The notes beneath the pieces are model-generated. The model ran no database searches. It was not told the origin of the DNA and worked only from the letters and a program-made list of their open reading frames with translations. Shown here piece by piece: positions 13,866-28,500 of a stretch of DNA of 64,000 bases. Every line of letters starts with the position of its first letter. Position 1 is the stretch's first letter. A program made the position numbers and the translations under genes. Source of the DNA: Octopus vulgaris (taxonomy: Eukaryota); the NCBI GenBank assembly GCA_951406725.2, contig OX597815.1:54498001-54562000 (forward strand), written 5' to 3'.

Positions 13866-14361
13866 TAGGACCAAAAGATTTATGTGTATTTCACTACTGA
13901 TATTGGTATATTGATACTGGTATTTTCCGTATATTTGTTAACATGTTAAGATATGCGCATAATTATGGCTGTGCATTATTCATCAAACACTGAATATTTC
14001 GGTAACATAAATACATGCATAAATTTGAATAAAATTCAATTAGTCAACCTTAATTTACATAAAATTAGAAGTGTTGGCGATGTGAATTAATTAATTAATT
14101 AGTGGAAGCAATAAATACGTTAGGGTAAAGAGAGATATGATAGACTTATGAGAATTTTTATAAATACATTAACATTCTCTCTGTCGCCAGGAAAATAAGT
14201 AACCAATATTGAGGAAACAGTAACAAATATACACGTGGCTAAATCATACGTGCTTTGAAATTGTCTATATTTGAAGGTATTTTGAATGTATATTTACTAG
14301 GAAAAATCGTCTGCATTTAAGATAACTTTGCATCTTTATCTTAATACTATGTAAAGCATCT

Positions 14362-14406
<45 letters not shown>

Positions 14407-14407
<1 letters not shown>

Positions 14408-15037
14408 GAGGGCAAGTCAAATATTATCCGCACTTTCGCCATAACATATCTTTATTCTTTTCACACTACCTTCGGCGCTTGTGTACGTATAGTTATTGTG
14501 GTACTATTTTTCGTTCTGGTTTCACAGTGTAAGCAGGGCCATTCCACTAGCAATATGCAACAAAGAAGAACAAAGAGCAGTGATCCTATTTGTCTGGTCG
14601 GAAGGTGAAACGTGCTGAAATTCATCGGAGGTTTTTAGCACAATTGGTTAATGGTTTTAACGGTCCGTGTAGACGTGCATTGTCATGCAATAACAAAACT
14701 TTCTTCGATAATAGGTATCGGCGTTCGGTGCGAATTGCTGGCTTCAGTTTGTTGCCCAGTAAAGCGCGATATCTTGAAATGTTATTTGTACACACCTTCC
14801 AACCAGAGAAATCGGATCACTGCTCTTTGTTCTTCTTTGCTGCACATTGCTATTGGAGTGGTCTTACTTACACTGTAAAGTCAGAAAGAAAAATGTAAAG
14901 AAAAATGGCGCGATCGGGCTCAAACTTCGATCACGTGACCACAATAGTACTAACAATAAATGCGCAAGCGCAGAAGGCAGTGTGACAATAATAAAGATGT
15001 TATAGCGAAAGTGCAGGCAATTTTTTACTTTCTCTCG
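14407..15037 (+). mobile_element. Internally deleted mariner element
   Basis: TA|CGAGGGcaagtcaaatattatccgcactttcgccataaca ... tgttatagcgaaagtgcaggcaattttttactttctCTCG|TA. Remnant N-terminal transposase KEEQRAVILFVWSEG/AEIHRR. Confidence 0.8.
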
Positions 15038-15117
15038 TAGTTAGTTAGGTAGGTAGGTAGGTAGGTAGGTGGGTGGGTAGGTAGGTAGGTAGGTAGGCAG
15101 GCAGGTAGGTGACTGGG

Positions 15118-15183
<66 letters not shown>

Positions 15184-15224
15184 CATACATACATACATAC
15201 ATACATACATGCATACATACATAC

Positions 15225-15314
<90 letters not shown>

Positions 15315-15316
<2 letters not shown>

Positions 15317-15845
15317 GTGTGTTTGTATGGTAAAAAATTTGCTTCCCACCCACATAGTTCCGAGTTCAGTCTCACTGTGCGGCACCTTGGGCAGGTGTCT
15401 TCTACTAAAGCCTCGGGCCCACGAAAACCTTATGGGTGGATTTGATAGACGAAAACTGAAAGAAGTTTGGGAGTATGTCTTTGTATCTATGTTGGTCCTC
15501 CCACCATCGCTTGACAACTGATGCTGGCGAGTTTACGTCCCCGTAACTTAGTGGTCGGTAATATATATATATATTAAAGATGCATGGCCGAGTGTTCAGG
15601 CTTTTGCACGCACAATTGCAAGATCATGGATTCGATTCGCAGGCCGAGTGCCACGTTGTGTTCTTGAGCGAAACGCTTCATATTGCTTTGCTCCAATTCC
15701 CCTTTCGATCAGGATTGGGGAGGTGGAATGTTGGCCTGCGCACCTAGCCAGAGGAGTGGCATCACTCAACGTCTAAAGTGATGCAATGTGCATTGAGTCC
15801 AGCAATGAGTAGCAACATCCGATTGTCTAGTCAGTCGCGTGATTA
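15315..15845 (+). mobile_element. tRNA-derived SINEs (family B, then family C)
   Basis: A/B-box-like heads (tggtaaaaaatttgcttcccacccacatagttccgagttcagtctc; tggccgagtg...gattcgattc) and bodies matching other copies in the window. Confidence 0.7.
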
Positions 15846-16089
15846 TGTATACAGGGTGGCCCTAAAGCTGGTTGACAGTTATCACGTAGGCACTTTAAAT
15901 TGCTTTTAAGACGTTTTATTACATTAACATTTCTATCTTACAAAATGGAAAGGGAGGTTGACAAAATTAAATAAATTAGCATAGAGTAATGGTTTCATAT
16001 TTTTTATAGTTAAGATCTAAACTGTTAATATATGAATGTGAAAGATATAGTTGAATGAATGTAAACCTACTTTTGAGTTACCATATACG

Positions 16090-16127
<38 letters not shown>

Positions 16128-16194
16128 TAATAAATAAAACCTATGCATATATATATACATATATGTACGTACCAACCTCTACATGTATATATAC

Positions 16195-16795
16195 ACGCAT
16201 ATATGGGTACAGGACACAAAAAAACGTCGAACACAATGAGAAACGAAAACATAAACACAAAACCAAGGAACTGGACATTTTTCTTAAACAACAAAAAATA
16301 GAGTACAGGACAAATAACACAAGGAAAATTCCCCTTCTTCAGTCGCCATGGTTTCATCTACTCTGCGTTTCGAAGGTGAAGGCGATACGCATCTTCGATG
16401 GAAACTTTCTTACCTGCGAAAAGCAAATCAAATAAAATTTGAGATCTTTTTGCAGAGGGGTAAAAATGGTAACAAAAACAGGACAGTGACGACAGTACAA
16501 AATATAAACAGTAAAAGACAGAACAAGGAGAATAACAAGACAAGAAGGGCTGTTAAGCCGAACGAAAAAAAGTATTACGAACGCTATTATTGAGGACGGC
16601 GAAGGAGCAAAGAAAAATGCCGTCCACACTTCAAGGAAGTCAGGCCAGAAAGACAGTGGTAAAGCTCTCGTCGCAGGTTAACGGCGGGAGGGAGGAGGAG
16701 GAGGAGTAAGAGAAAAGAAGAGAAAAAATGGGAATGATTGTGAGGAAACCAGAAAGAATGAAGTCTGAGAAAGGGAGGGGACAGAAAGGTCAAGA
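16195..16795 (-). mobile_element. Repeat fragment between (AT)n tracts, probably a PLE-type UTR/pLTR
   Basis: Non-coding, purine-skewed and bounded by TA repeats. Carries GAAAC and CTGAAGA motifs. Confidence 0.35.
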
Positions 16796-16869
<74 letters not shown>

Positions 16870-17122
16870 AAATTAGAGATAAAACCACTATTAGGCAAAT
16901 ATAACAGTGAAAATCATAAGCCAATACATAGAAATAAAATTGATTAAAAAATATTAAAAAAATATAAAATATAAAAATCCAATTAAAATATTTAAATTAA
17001 ACTTATAAATTTTAAATATATATATATATTTTTTTATTATTTTATTTTATTATTTATTTATTTATTTTAATTTTAAACTATTAAAAAGTATTAAAAGTTT
17101 AATATAAGATAAAGAGTAAAAA

Positions 17123-17222
17123 CACTACGATCGTTTCATGCCCGTAACCAATTCGAATAACAATAATAATAATTTAAATTCAATTAATAATTCGAATTAT
17201 GGTTACAGTCAATCTTCAGGTT
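17123..17222 (-). ncRNA. Minimal type I hammerhead with long helix II, in PLE pLTR fragment 16870-17790
   Basis: AC-CUGAAGA-U-UGacUGUAACC..AAUUCGAAU/AUUCGAAUU-GGUUACGgGCA-U-GAAAC-GAUC-GUA-GU. 17750-17790 matches, inverted, the terminus of the Naiad at 6383-6420. Confidence 0.75.
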
Positions 17223-17784
17223 AATTGTAATATTTTAATAAATAATCAGAAATATTTAAACAATATTTTTAAAGAAATAAATAATATAATAAATTGGCTA
17301 AATAATAACTTTCAAAAATCTTATATTTAAAATACTTAAAGAAATAATCAATTCGTAGTCATATAGTATTAAATAACTACTATAAATATATTTATCAATG
17401 GGAATATAATAAAACTAGCAAATAACAATTTAAAAAGACAATATATAAGTTAAAATAATAATTATATGAAATTTAAAACTACAATTAATGCTATTAATAC
17501 ATGTATATACATGAATCTAACTTAAATCTAACTCGCATACTTGCTATAAAACAACATATCTATCGCTAAGTAAATTCTTACGAATAAACTTAAAGTTAAT
17601 ATCTAATATTTATATAGAAAATTACGATAATTAGATAAACAACGATATTTACATAAAAAAGCAATAATATTATACCACACGACTTGTAAAATATTGAAAT
17701 TTAAAATTTCAAGATCTTAAATATAAATAAATACTTAGCTTAGATCCTAAATCTAATTTTTCCCTGTAAGTTTGGATTTACTCC

Positions 17785-17869
<85 letters not shown>

Positions 17870-19439
17870 ATCTATATATATATATATATATATGATTATC
17901 ACAAAAGAACTAGTAATTAAGTAATGAGTTTCATTACCGCACAGCTGTATGGTACAATGCACTTAGAGGTAAGTGCTTGTGCAGAAGTGCAACTTTATTT
18001 GAGAAAGCATTTATTTATACAAAACGAAAAGTATACAAATGCATAAGAAATTGAATATAGAGTTTGAAGGGAAAAATTCTACTTCCAGATATATGTAGAT
18101 TCGGATAATTTTCTATGTGTATATATATAAATATATATATATACATATAGGTTTTAAATTTTGGTACAAGCCCAGTCAGTTCGATGGTAAGTTGATTGCA
18201 TCGACCCAAGTACTCAACTGTACTTATTCTATCGACCCCGATAAGAGGACAGGCAAAGCCGACCTCGGCAGAATTTCAACTCAGAAGGATGTTTCGCTAA
18301 ACATTTTGCCTAGCGAGCTAACGTTTCTGCCAGTTCACCTTATATTTACGTGCCTCATATTTACGTGTGTGCGCGGGGTGGTGCATATATGCATGTGTGT
18401 ATATTTATACATACATGCATATGTGTGTGTTATCTAAATATGTAGAAACATTTTTAATAATTTAAGGATTGTGATTTAATTTTCAAAACAAATATTTCGT
18501 ACATGATGTTAGCTATTATCGAGAGAAATCCGGAATTGCGGTGGGGTTCATAGTAACCCCATTCTACGCAATGGTAAATGAATCCCGAAGAAAATACAGA
18601 AAAATCTTTCTTATAAAATATATAGAAGTTAACTGAAGACGATTTTTGGGCGATTGCTCTTTTCTTTGAAATGGAGAAATAAAACGAATTTAATTTCCTT
18701 CTTAACGGAACATATAATATTATTCAATTCACAACAGAATGCAATAAAGAGAATCTACCAACAACAGAATTAAACCAGACATAAAAATGGACAACCTCAA
18801 AGCAATATCTACTCTTTACTTTGTATCATACAAGCACACTATATCATATATTCATTTTAATTTAACAAAAAGTATAATCACAATTTAGTCGGGACTAAAT
18901 TCACGCGTTCAAGAAGTTGTGATATATTTAAAATAGACAATGTCCACCATTCTTAATAGAGAAAAGGATGTAAACGAGCCAAAAAACTTCACATCTAGAT
19001 ACTAAGACTTATATTGCGATAACAGCTGTGTGATGAACAAGCTTAAAAGGGCAGAAGACAGACACCTCCCTGTGTGGTCAATCCCGCATCAAATTTCTCA
19101 AGCTTCACTTGAAAAGAAAAGTGAGGTGGGAAAGGGAAGTGCTGCCACACAGCAAATTTGTTGGAAAGTGGCCGAGAGTGACAAAGATGTGCTTGAAGAT
19201 TAATGGAGTGTGGTATGGTGACCGTGGTTTTGTGGGTTTCCACGACCAAGCTTCATAAGTTTTCATCGGCTGTTTCTGCATTTTGGGGGATTATTTCTTG
19301 TTTGAATTTATAGTTTCTTTATCCTTGTTTGACTTTTATGTTTAAAAAGGAAGTTCACTTTGCATCTTATATTGTCCTTGAGTTTTTCTTGAGCCTTAGT
19401 ATTTTCATTATTATCATTATTATTATTATTATTATCATT

Positions 19440-20790
19440 AAGAAAGCGGCGAGCTGGCAAAATCGTTAGCACGCTGGGCGAAATGCTTAACGATATTTTG
19501 TCCGACGCTACGCACTGAGTTCAAATTCTGCCGAGGTCGTATTTGCCTTTCATCCTTTCAAGATCGATAAATTAAGTACCAGTGAAACACTGGGATCGAT
19601 ATAAACGACTAGTCCCCACCACCACCACCACCACAAATTTCAGGCCTTATGCCTATAATAAGAAAAGATTATTATTATCATTAAGGCTGTGAGCTGGCGG
19701 AATCGTTAGCACGCCGGGCGAAATGCTTAGCGGTATTTCGTCTGCCGCTACGTTCTGAGTTCAAATTCCGCCGAGGTCGACTTTGCCTTTCATCCTTTCA
19801 GGGTCGATTAAATAAGTACCAGTTACGCACTGAGGTCGATATAGTCGACTTAATTCGTTTTTCTGTCCTTGTTTGTCCTCTCTGTGTTTAGCCCCTTGTG
19901 GGTAATAAAGAAATAGAAATAGGTATTTCGCCCGTCGCTACACACTGAGTTCAAATTACGCGGAGGTCGACTTTGCCTTTCGTCCTTTCGGAGTCGATAA
20001 ACTAAGAACCAGTGAAACACTGGGGTCGATGTAATCGATAAGTTCCCTCCGCAAAAATTTTGAGAGAAAGAAAATTTATTAAAGGATTGAATTCCATACT
20101 GACAAAAGCTTTACAGACAGCTTCAGTTGTGTTAACAGTGATCAGTAAGTGCTGCTGACTTATTTCCATTTTCACAATGCAAACTCTCAATTTCCAAGGA
20201 AGGGTTCAGAGCTGTGCGATTGTTTTGTTGGGGCTAAATCTTTCCTTGGATATAATCTATGAATTCAATAAAACTAAATGACACCCTGAGAGTTACAACA
20301 CCGTGAGCTAAACGTTCAATGCTTAGTATTCTATCACGTATGCATGTAGCACAATGTAAAATGAATGGGTGGCTAAGAAACTAACCCTACTATCTCATTT
20401 CACCTAACCATATATAAATAGCATGTAATGTGCTCTCTACTGCATGTCGCGGGAGATTTTTCTACCGTTTATATATTGAATGTTTGCATTTCACCGAGAC
20501 CCACCTTAACTTTCGTTCTTTCGGGGGTCGATACTGATTAAACATTGGGGTCGATGTAATCGACTTGCCCCTCCGCCGAAATTGTTGGTCTTGTGCCAAA
20601 ATTTGAAACTAATATGTTAAGTGTTCGTAAGGCGTCGAGCTAGCAGAATCGTTAACATGCCGGGCATTTCATCTAACTTTATGTACTGAGATCAGCTCTG
20701 CTTTTCCTCCTTTCAGGGTCGATTAAATAAATACCAGTTGATCACTGGACACTATGTAATTGACTTATCCGCACCCTTAAAATTGCTGCT
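19440..20790 (+). mobile_element. Cluster of family A tRNA-derived SINEs (19440, 19683, 19921, 20490, 20630)
   Basis: Repeated aaggcggcgagctggcagaatcgttagcacgccgggcgaaatgcttagcggtatttcg...gagttcaaattccgccgaggtcgactttgcctttcatcctttc. Another copy lies at 18170-18340 (-). Confidence 0.85.
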
Positions 20791-21279
20791 TTTATGATAT
20801 TTTAATCCAACATATTGATTAGACCATTGGGAGTGAAAGACTCCTAGCCTTTGTTAGGGCATCCTTCTAGGAGAAGGTAACTCAGGTAACTGGGATAACT
20901 CCGACATAAAACCTGCGGATCAGTGGTTACCGATGATGTTGACTTTTCTTCTTTTCGGATTATGGCTGCTGTTGCTTAGTGAGTGGGATTGACTCAGTGC
21001 ACAGCCTTTCCTCACTTTAAAAAAAATCTTCTTGCACAGGCATAGCACGATAACAACATTGATTAAGTATCGAGTATAGCAACGGCTATACTCGATAACG
21101 AGGGAGCAGCCACCATATATATATACATACGCAGTCAAATACCTTTGCATAACAATCTTTAAATTTGCATCCACTATAAAATATTAACATAACGAGACCT
21201 TAAGAGTAAAACAAACATCAGCAAGGAACAAAATGCAAATATTTTAGAAAGAATAAATTTTTGTTCTAACGGTATATTT

Positions 21280-22536
21280 AGATACAGCTGAGTTTGGGAT
21301 TCATTATATATACAAAGCCACAGACGCCAAACAATACCTTCTTTTTAATTCATGCTACCCAAGACACACTAAAACAAACATCTCCTTCAACCTTGCAAGA
21401 AGGATATGCACAATAGTGTCAGAACAAAATACCAGGAACTTTAGACTGCAAGAACTCAAAAACACCCTAATTGACAGACATTACCCAGCTCAACTCATAG
21501 AGGATGGGATCAGACGTGCAACAGAAATCAACATAGAAACTTTAAGAAAAGTTCAACACAACAACACACCTTCCCCGAAAATACTACCTTACATATCTAC
21601 ATACAACCCCAGAAACAAAGAAGCCTTCACCATCATCACCCAGAATTTACCAATACTTCATAAGGACCCCAAATTAAAGGAAATTCTAAACATACACCAA
21701 ATCATTAAAAGCTACAAACAATCTAAATCACTTAAAAAGATTCTCACAAAAGCAAAATTGTTTTCTGAAATTACGGATGCAAAAGTAAAAAAATGTGGTA
21801 GACCGAACTGTGCTGTTGCAAGCTAGAAGGATCAGAATTCCCCTTCAAAGAGGGACAGAAATTCAAGATCAAATCTAATTTTACTTGTGCCTCTGAAAAC
21901 ATAATTTATGTCATAAAATGCTCGGGCTGCCACCAAGACTACGTGGGATCCACGGGACTATCACACAGACGCAGATGCACACTGCATCGACAACAGATTG
22001 CATTCCCAGAATACAGAATGATACCATTTAGTGAGCACATTGAGAAATGCGCAAAGCAACTACTACCACAATTTTTAATCTTTCCATTTTACCAATGTGC
22101 TATCGGATCATCAACACAAATTAGACTAAACAAGGAAACATTCTTCATTGAAAAGTACAAGCCCAGACTTAACCATTCCAACATACCTATACAGAGAAAT
22201 TCACCCCAAAGGAAAGGAAAAAAAATTAAGCGATTATCTCCCTTACACCGGAAGAAATCACTCATTACCTCCCCTTATTTAGAACTCTTTACAACATAAA
22301 CATAACGATAACTCTTCTCAACATAAACATAACGACGTAAGAAATTTGAAAAGCTAAACGCGAAACCGGTCTTTCTTCTAAACTATCTCATTGTAAGAAA
22401 AAAATTTATAATATTCTTCAGACATATTGACTCAAATATATATTTTTAACCTTTTAAAACAGGCCTTCTCTAGTTTTTTCACTTTTTACTATTTTCTATA
22501 TATTCAACCACGTGCTTTCACAAACCAACTTTCTTA

Positions 22537-22540
<4 letters not shown>
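21280..22540 (+). mobile_element. 5'-truncated Penelope-like element (Neptune-type): RT thumb plus GIY-YIG
   Basis: YTKATDAKQYLLFNSC.PRHTKTNISFNLARRICTIVSE...LPYISTYNP...KKCGRPNC...FTCASENIIYVIKCSGCHQDYVGSTG...LHRQQI...ETFFIEKYKPRLN. Degenerate hammerhead at 22339-22377 (AAGAAA...GCuaaacGC-GAAAC-CG-GUC-UUUCUU). Confidence 0.88.
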
Positions 22541-22630
<90 letters not shown>

Positions 22631-22667
22631 TATACACACACACATCTGTATATATATATATATATAG

Positions 22668-22990
22668 TGAAGGCGCGTGGCTTAGTGGTTAGGGGCATTC
22701 GGCTCATGATCTTAAGGTCGTAAATTCAATTCCCGGCGGCGCGTTGTGTCCTTGAGCAAGACACTTTATTCCACGTTGCTCCAGTCTACTCAGCTGGCAA
22801 AAATGAGTACTACCTGTATTTCAAAGGGCCAGCCTTGTCACATTCTATATCACGCTGAATCTTGCCGAGTACTAAGTTAAGGGTACACGTGTTTGTGGAG
22901 TGCTCAGGCATTTGCACATTAATTTCACGAGCAAGCTGTTCCGTTGATCGTATCAGCTGGGACCCTCGTCGTCGCAACCGACAGAGTGCT
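22668..22990 (+). mobile_element. tRNA-derived SINE (family C)
   Basis: ggcgcgtggcttagtggttagg (A box)...aattcaattccc (B box), then gtgtccttgagcaagacactt. Flanked by TA repeats. Confidence 0.8.
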
Positions 22991-24849
22991 CCTATATATA
23001 TATATATATATATGCTAAAAACATAATAAATGCACGAACAAGCAGGAAACAGACGACAGAAGGTCACAAAATGCTCATCAGTTATTGGCAGAGGGTCAGA
23101 CATTATTTCGCGCCTTAACGATTATATTGAATCACCTCTTGTGACGCTGGGGGCGAAACGCCGCCGGTAAATGACAAAGACGAAAACGGGACGACATGTG
23201 GACATACGAACGGATATATATATATATATTCTTCGTTACTCATTGCAATAAAAAGTATATGACAATATATACTTGCTATAGCAACATTATTAGCTAACAG
23301 TTTCCAATTAACTGAATGGAATTTTTATGTAAACGCTCCAAAATGTATGCAATATAGAATATTTTATCAATAGAATTAAGAAAATTATTTTCACATGATG
23401 TCTATCTAAAATACAATGAAATCATATTCAATTTTAATTCACTTCCGAGATTTCAATTTCTCACATTTTCTTTTGTTTATTTCTTTTTACAGTTATGAGA
23501 TTGCTTTCATAATAAATTTTATCTTTAAAAATTCTAGACAAACATACAATTATTTCTTTATTATTTCTTTTTTGGTATGACTATATGGCAAAGAAGATCT
23601 TGCACATTAATGTGCATACACTACGCTTATGATTCTTCATACCATTTTGTCACATCTCTTATTATTCTGGATTCTATTAATGTTTTGAACTTTCCTTTCC
23701 CTTCTCAACCATTTATGATTGTCTACTAAACATTTCCCATTACCACCCTCCACCTCTCTCAGCATGTTTATCTTCACATTTCTGGGCAATCTAAATAAAA
23801 TTTTGATCATTAAGTTTTATATTTTTACAGCATTTACTTCCTAACTCGTCCTTCAAAATATGTCGCTACTATTTCTTCTCTTCACCTAATTCCTTTCTTA
23901 TGTGCATGCATATTCGCGTCTGCGTTAATCTGTCCTTTTATCAATCCTTTCCTTTGCCTTACATTCTTAATTATCTCCTAACCTGACCTGATTCTTACAA
24001 CCTTCTCCAATTCCTCTGAATTGATATTTTTATGAACATTGAACATACTTCTTTCATCGTACAGCTCCAACACTAGTGACACCATCTGTGACAGAGCATC
24101 CTTGTTCTCGCAGCTTCATATGTCTGTTTCTCTTCTATAGAGACCTATTCAGTTATTCTTAGAAGCGCTCTCGGTGAAACAGTTGCTGGAGCCGCTTTGG
24201 CTACTGTAACTGTTATTGGTATTGATGGATACAGTAACCGTGATAGTAGTAACTCTCTCGTGCTGCTCGTGTTGGGTGCAGTTAAGTTTTTTCTGCTAGT
24301 TCCGGAGTCAATACTATCTGTGATTGAAATCGATGTATTGTTGCTATTACTGTTGTTGTGATAGTCGGTGTACTGTAAATGTTGTTGTTATTGTTGATGA
24401 TGCTGTCACTGTTACTGTATTGATTTTGTTTTCCTTTTTGCTGCTGCTATTACCACTGTTGTAGTGATTTTAGTGGTGATGTTTTTTGCGTTACTAATGA
24501 TTATGTCTGCCTTTTATGAGCTATGAACTAGAAGATGAAAGCTGTCTTCTGTTAATATGAAATAAAACAAGGATGCTGTTTCAATTCCCTCTAACTCTTT
24601 CAGTTCAACTTCTCACATCATTCGCTTTTCGCCACACGAGGCCATGACGGAAAATACTAATTTCAAAATAAATTGTAAACACTTATTGAAATAAAATGTA
24701 AATTGAAACAACCCATCCTCCTTGTTCAGGAAAACTTCCTCAATACGATATAAATGCAAATGTACGATAAAAGGCCTCTGAATAGGTAAAAACAACTATA
24801 TTTGTAAACGTGAGGAGCAGAAAATACAGGATTCGGTGTTAAGGAATAA

Positions 24850-25585
24850 TAATTTTCTTCAAAGTTTGGTACAAGGTCATCAATTTTTAGGTGGGGGGTA
24901 ATCTATTGCATCGACCTCAGTATATGACTGGTATTTTATTTTATCAACTCCGAAATTATGTAAGTTACAGTGGAACTCGACGAGATTCCAACTCAGAAAG
25001 TAAATAACAAGGTATTCTTCCGATGTTCCAACGATATTCCCAGCTTGCAGCCTTTAAACTGTGTAAGTTAGGCACAAAACCAATAATTCTGAAGTGAACG
25101 TGTAAGTCGGTTAAGGTAACCCTTACCCCACCCCAGTACTATAAGGCTAAACATAGAGGGGACAGGAGGCTAAACATAGAGGGGACAAACAAGGACAGAC
25201 AAATGGATTAAGTCGATTATATCGACCCCAGTGCGTAACTGGTACTTATTTAATCGACCCCGAAAGGTTGAAAGGTAAAGTCGACCTCGGCGGAATTTGA
25301 ACTCAGAATTTAAAGACAGACAAAATACAGCTAAGCATTTGCCCTGTGCTAATGTTTCAGCCAGCACACCGCCTTCGCAAGTACTATATTTATCGACCTA
25401 GAATATTAGAGGAAAAGTTGACATCGACGGAACATCGTATTCTACTCTAGGCCGAAGGCCCGAAATTTTTTTTGAGTGGGGGCACCCAATACACAACTGT
25501 ACTTAATTTATTGACCCTGAAAGGATGAACTTAGCTTTTGAACTTAGAACGTAAAAACAGACGGAATACCGCTAAGCATTTCGCA
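24850..25585 (-). mobile_element. Cluster of family A SINEs
   Basis: Reverse-complement copies of the family A body (aaagtcgacctcggcggaatttgaactcagaa). Confidence 0.75.
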
Positions 25586-25589
25586 AATG

Positions 25590-28500
25590 TTATTTATTTC
25601 CCACAAGAGGACAACAAAGAGGGGACACAGTACAATCTGATATGGGGTCAGATTTCACGTATGAATTAACAAAAAGATGAATTAAAAACTTTTACGTAAC
25701 TATGAATAGTTCGAATGATAACATATACAAGACAACATTACAGAATGGAGTGGGGAGGCGAGATATGCTCAGATCCCACGAACCCTGCTTCACTACTGAT
25801 GCTTTAGGTTCGTCCTGCGTTGTATTCATGCGGTTCCATCCATAAGCAACATTCGTGCAACATTCTTCCATCGATCTTGGAACATTTTCGTGGACAGGCA
25901 TTTTTTCTCTAACCCTATTTTCCTCAGGTAGAATTGAAAAAATTCACCAAGCCAGGGCCAGAGATAAAAATGCCTGTTATTAATCCTTTCATTCGTGTCT
26001 TCCAAATCACCTCTCTCGCAATTGCTACTACGATGAGAAAGCAATTCTTACCTTCTTTCGATAGGAAATCCGGTGGATCAATTTTTAGTATTGACTCAAT
26101 CGATAACTCTTCTCTTCCTGTACTTGACAACAGTTGTTCGGTATAAACTCACACCTCCGAACACTGAACAATAACGTGCAGGATGGTTTCCCTGTCCCGC
26201 CCACATCTTGAACAGGTCGGTGGGCCAAGCGCCACCATGTCTTGCGAGCTTGACCCGGACAGGCAAGGCTCCTCGGTAACATTGCCATGCCAAAGACTTC
26301 TGGAAGTTATCCAGCGTCTTCAGCCCGAATGTACGTTGGAACAGACTGACTAGCTATCGTCACATTTCGCCTCTACCAACCCTCTATAGAAGAATGTGGT
26401 AGAACCACTACCACAGGTATTGCCCAAGAGATGGAATATCCGGAGAGCCTTACGACACTCCGTAAACTATGTACCCAACTTCGATCTACGATAGAACCAG
26501 GTATCCAGTTTACCGAAACAAGTAAACTTGGGAAGCATCTGTTTCGCCAGCGGAGACCACACCCGATCACCATCCAGATGGAGCTACAGATGCCTCAACC
26601 TCAGAACGTGCCTGTAAATCATCAGCCAAGGCATCTCTATCTCACCCTTTAACGGTTGTTGGCAGCAATTAGAGCGTCTCACAAGCGGATTCGAGCCCTT
26701 CCACAAGAAGCGGAAGAGCTGTCTCTCCAGCTTGCTCAACCACGAATCAGGGCAGGGAACGACGTTTAGGCGGTAGGTGATGACCGATGAGATGAACACA
26801 TTGGCTACTTCTGCCCTCCCTTTCAGGGATAGCCACTGCCAAGACGAAGTCTTGGCTATGTGGGCCACCCTGCTCGCTACCTCGGCCCAGTTCTTCTCTA
26901 TTTGGAGGCTTGGTCCAAACCAGACTCCTAGCAACTTAATCGGACCCTCGGTACAACGTCGCACGACGCTGTCAGGAGGCATCGACTTGCCTCTCCAGAT
27001 ACCGAGCTGCAAGCTGACTGACTTTTCACGATTAACCTTTGCTCCTGCCATCGTCTCGTATTCCTCAATGGCCTTGTCTGCCCTCTGTAGATGATCCATT
27101 TCGGTTACGATGATGGTGATGTCATCCGCGTACGCTGAAACTGACTCTCCACAACCTGGCTGTCTCGGGATGTCGCTCAATATTCGCAGCAATGGCTCAA
27201 GAGCCATTACATATAAAAGCGGGGGGAGCGGAGATCCTTTACGAACCGAGCGTTTGATGCTGAACGGCTTAGATAAAAAGCCGTTCACCCGAACTACCGA
27301 GTCGATGATGTGATAAATTTCAACGATCCACCTGAGGAAGCCAAGACCGAGGCCGAACTGTGCCAGAACGGACACCAGGTAATGATGGTCGACCCTATCA
27401 AAAGCCTTTGATTGGTCTGAATGGACAATACCCCTCCCTTGCCAGAGTTATTAAACCCTTCTACAGTGTACCGTATAAAATGAAGACTATCCTGGACGGA
27501 TCTACCGGGAACGGCACATGTCTGTGCCTTCCCAATCAAGCCATCCACGACACACGCCAATCTTTTCGATAACACTTTGGCCAAAATCTTCAGCTCTGTG
27601 TTTAGCAGAGTGATGGGCCGAAAATTATCAATGCGATCCCCCTTTTTCGGGTCCTTTCTGACAAGCGTCACCACTCACCGGCGCAGCGATCTGGGAATGA
27701 ACACATTCTGCTGCTAGTTCGTGTAGACATTCGCCAGCAGGTGCCCGAACAAGTTTGGCATGCTTTTATATAGTTCATAGGGTAGACCATTCAGTCCCGG
27801 TGCCTTACGCGTGCCGCAGTCCGCCATAACCTCAATTACCTACTCAGGCGTGATCGATCCTTCACAACACTCCGCGGCAGCCCGGCGAGGAAGTCCGTTA
27901 GGTCCCTCCTACTGTCCGATCCGCCGCACCCACCGAAAAGCTGGGCGACGTACTCCTGAAAGACCTCACACATCTCGGACTCGTTTATCAACTTACCTCG
28001 TTGGTTCGTCAAAACATCGAATTATGCCATTGTTGCCACGTTGGGCTTCCACCATTAGGGCCCATCCCGCGCCCTTGTTTCCTTCACAACCCAATGCACG
28101 AATCCTAGCTCTGTCAATGCAACCCATATGTTGGGCTTCGAGGTGCTGGTTTAACGCAAGTCTCTTGGCCGTCACTTGAGCTGCAGAACCAGATTCGATT
28201 GCTTCCTCTAAGTCCATATCTAAAGCTAATCCCTTCCTAGTCTCTCTAGCCAGTAAACATGTGCTATATCTAATAGACTCACATTTAATGGCTCGCTTGA
28301 GGGCATACCACCATTTGTTATTAATAACAGATCTGGTTAATGCCCTCTGAATCAATAACTTAATCCGGTCTCTGTACTCCTTAATCGCCAAAAGGGACGT
28401 ATTAAGTTTCCAGTTGCCGGATCCTCTATTAGATAACTTATCTATGTGGAGCGTACAGGTGACCATTTTGTGATCACTGTAGCTGACCGAGAAATACTGT

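Noticed and set aside
16330-16385. Permuted (type II-like) hammerhead: GAAAC..GUA..CUGAAGA on the minus strand, with a similar order at 1180-1240 (+)
   Set aside because: Stem I cannot be closed and helix II pairing is weak, so it is not supportable as a ribozyme by eye.
19440-19780. tRNA genes
   Set aside because: A/B-box-like heads continue into shared multi-copy bodies and do not form full cloverleafs; they are SINEs.
23580-24080. Possible RT relic on the minus strand
   Set aside because: Only faint resemblance to non-LTR RT motifs; too decayed to assign.
24120-24500. Thr/Ser/Asn-rich mucin-like reading on the minus strand
   Set aside because: Degenerate trinucleotide low-complexity DNA with stops and no long ORF.
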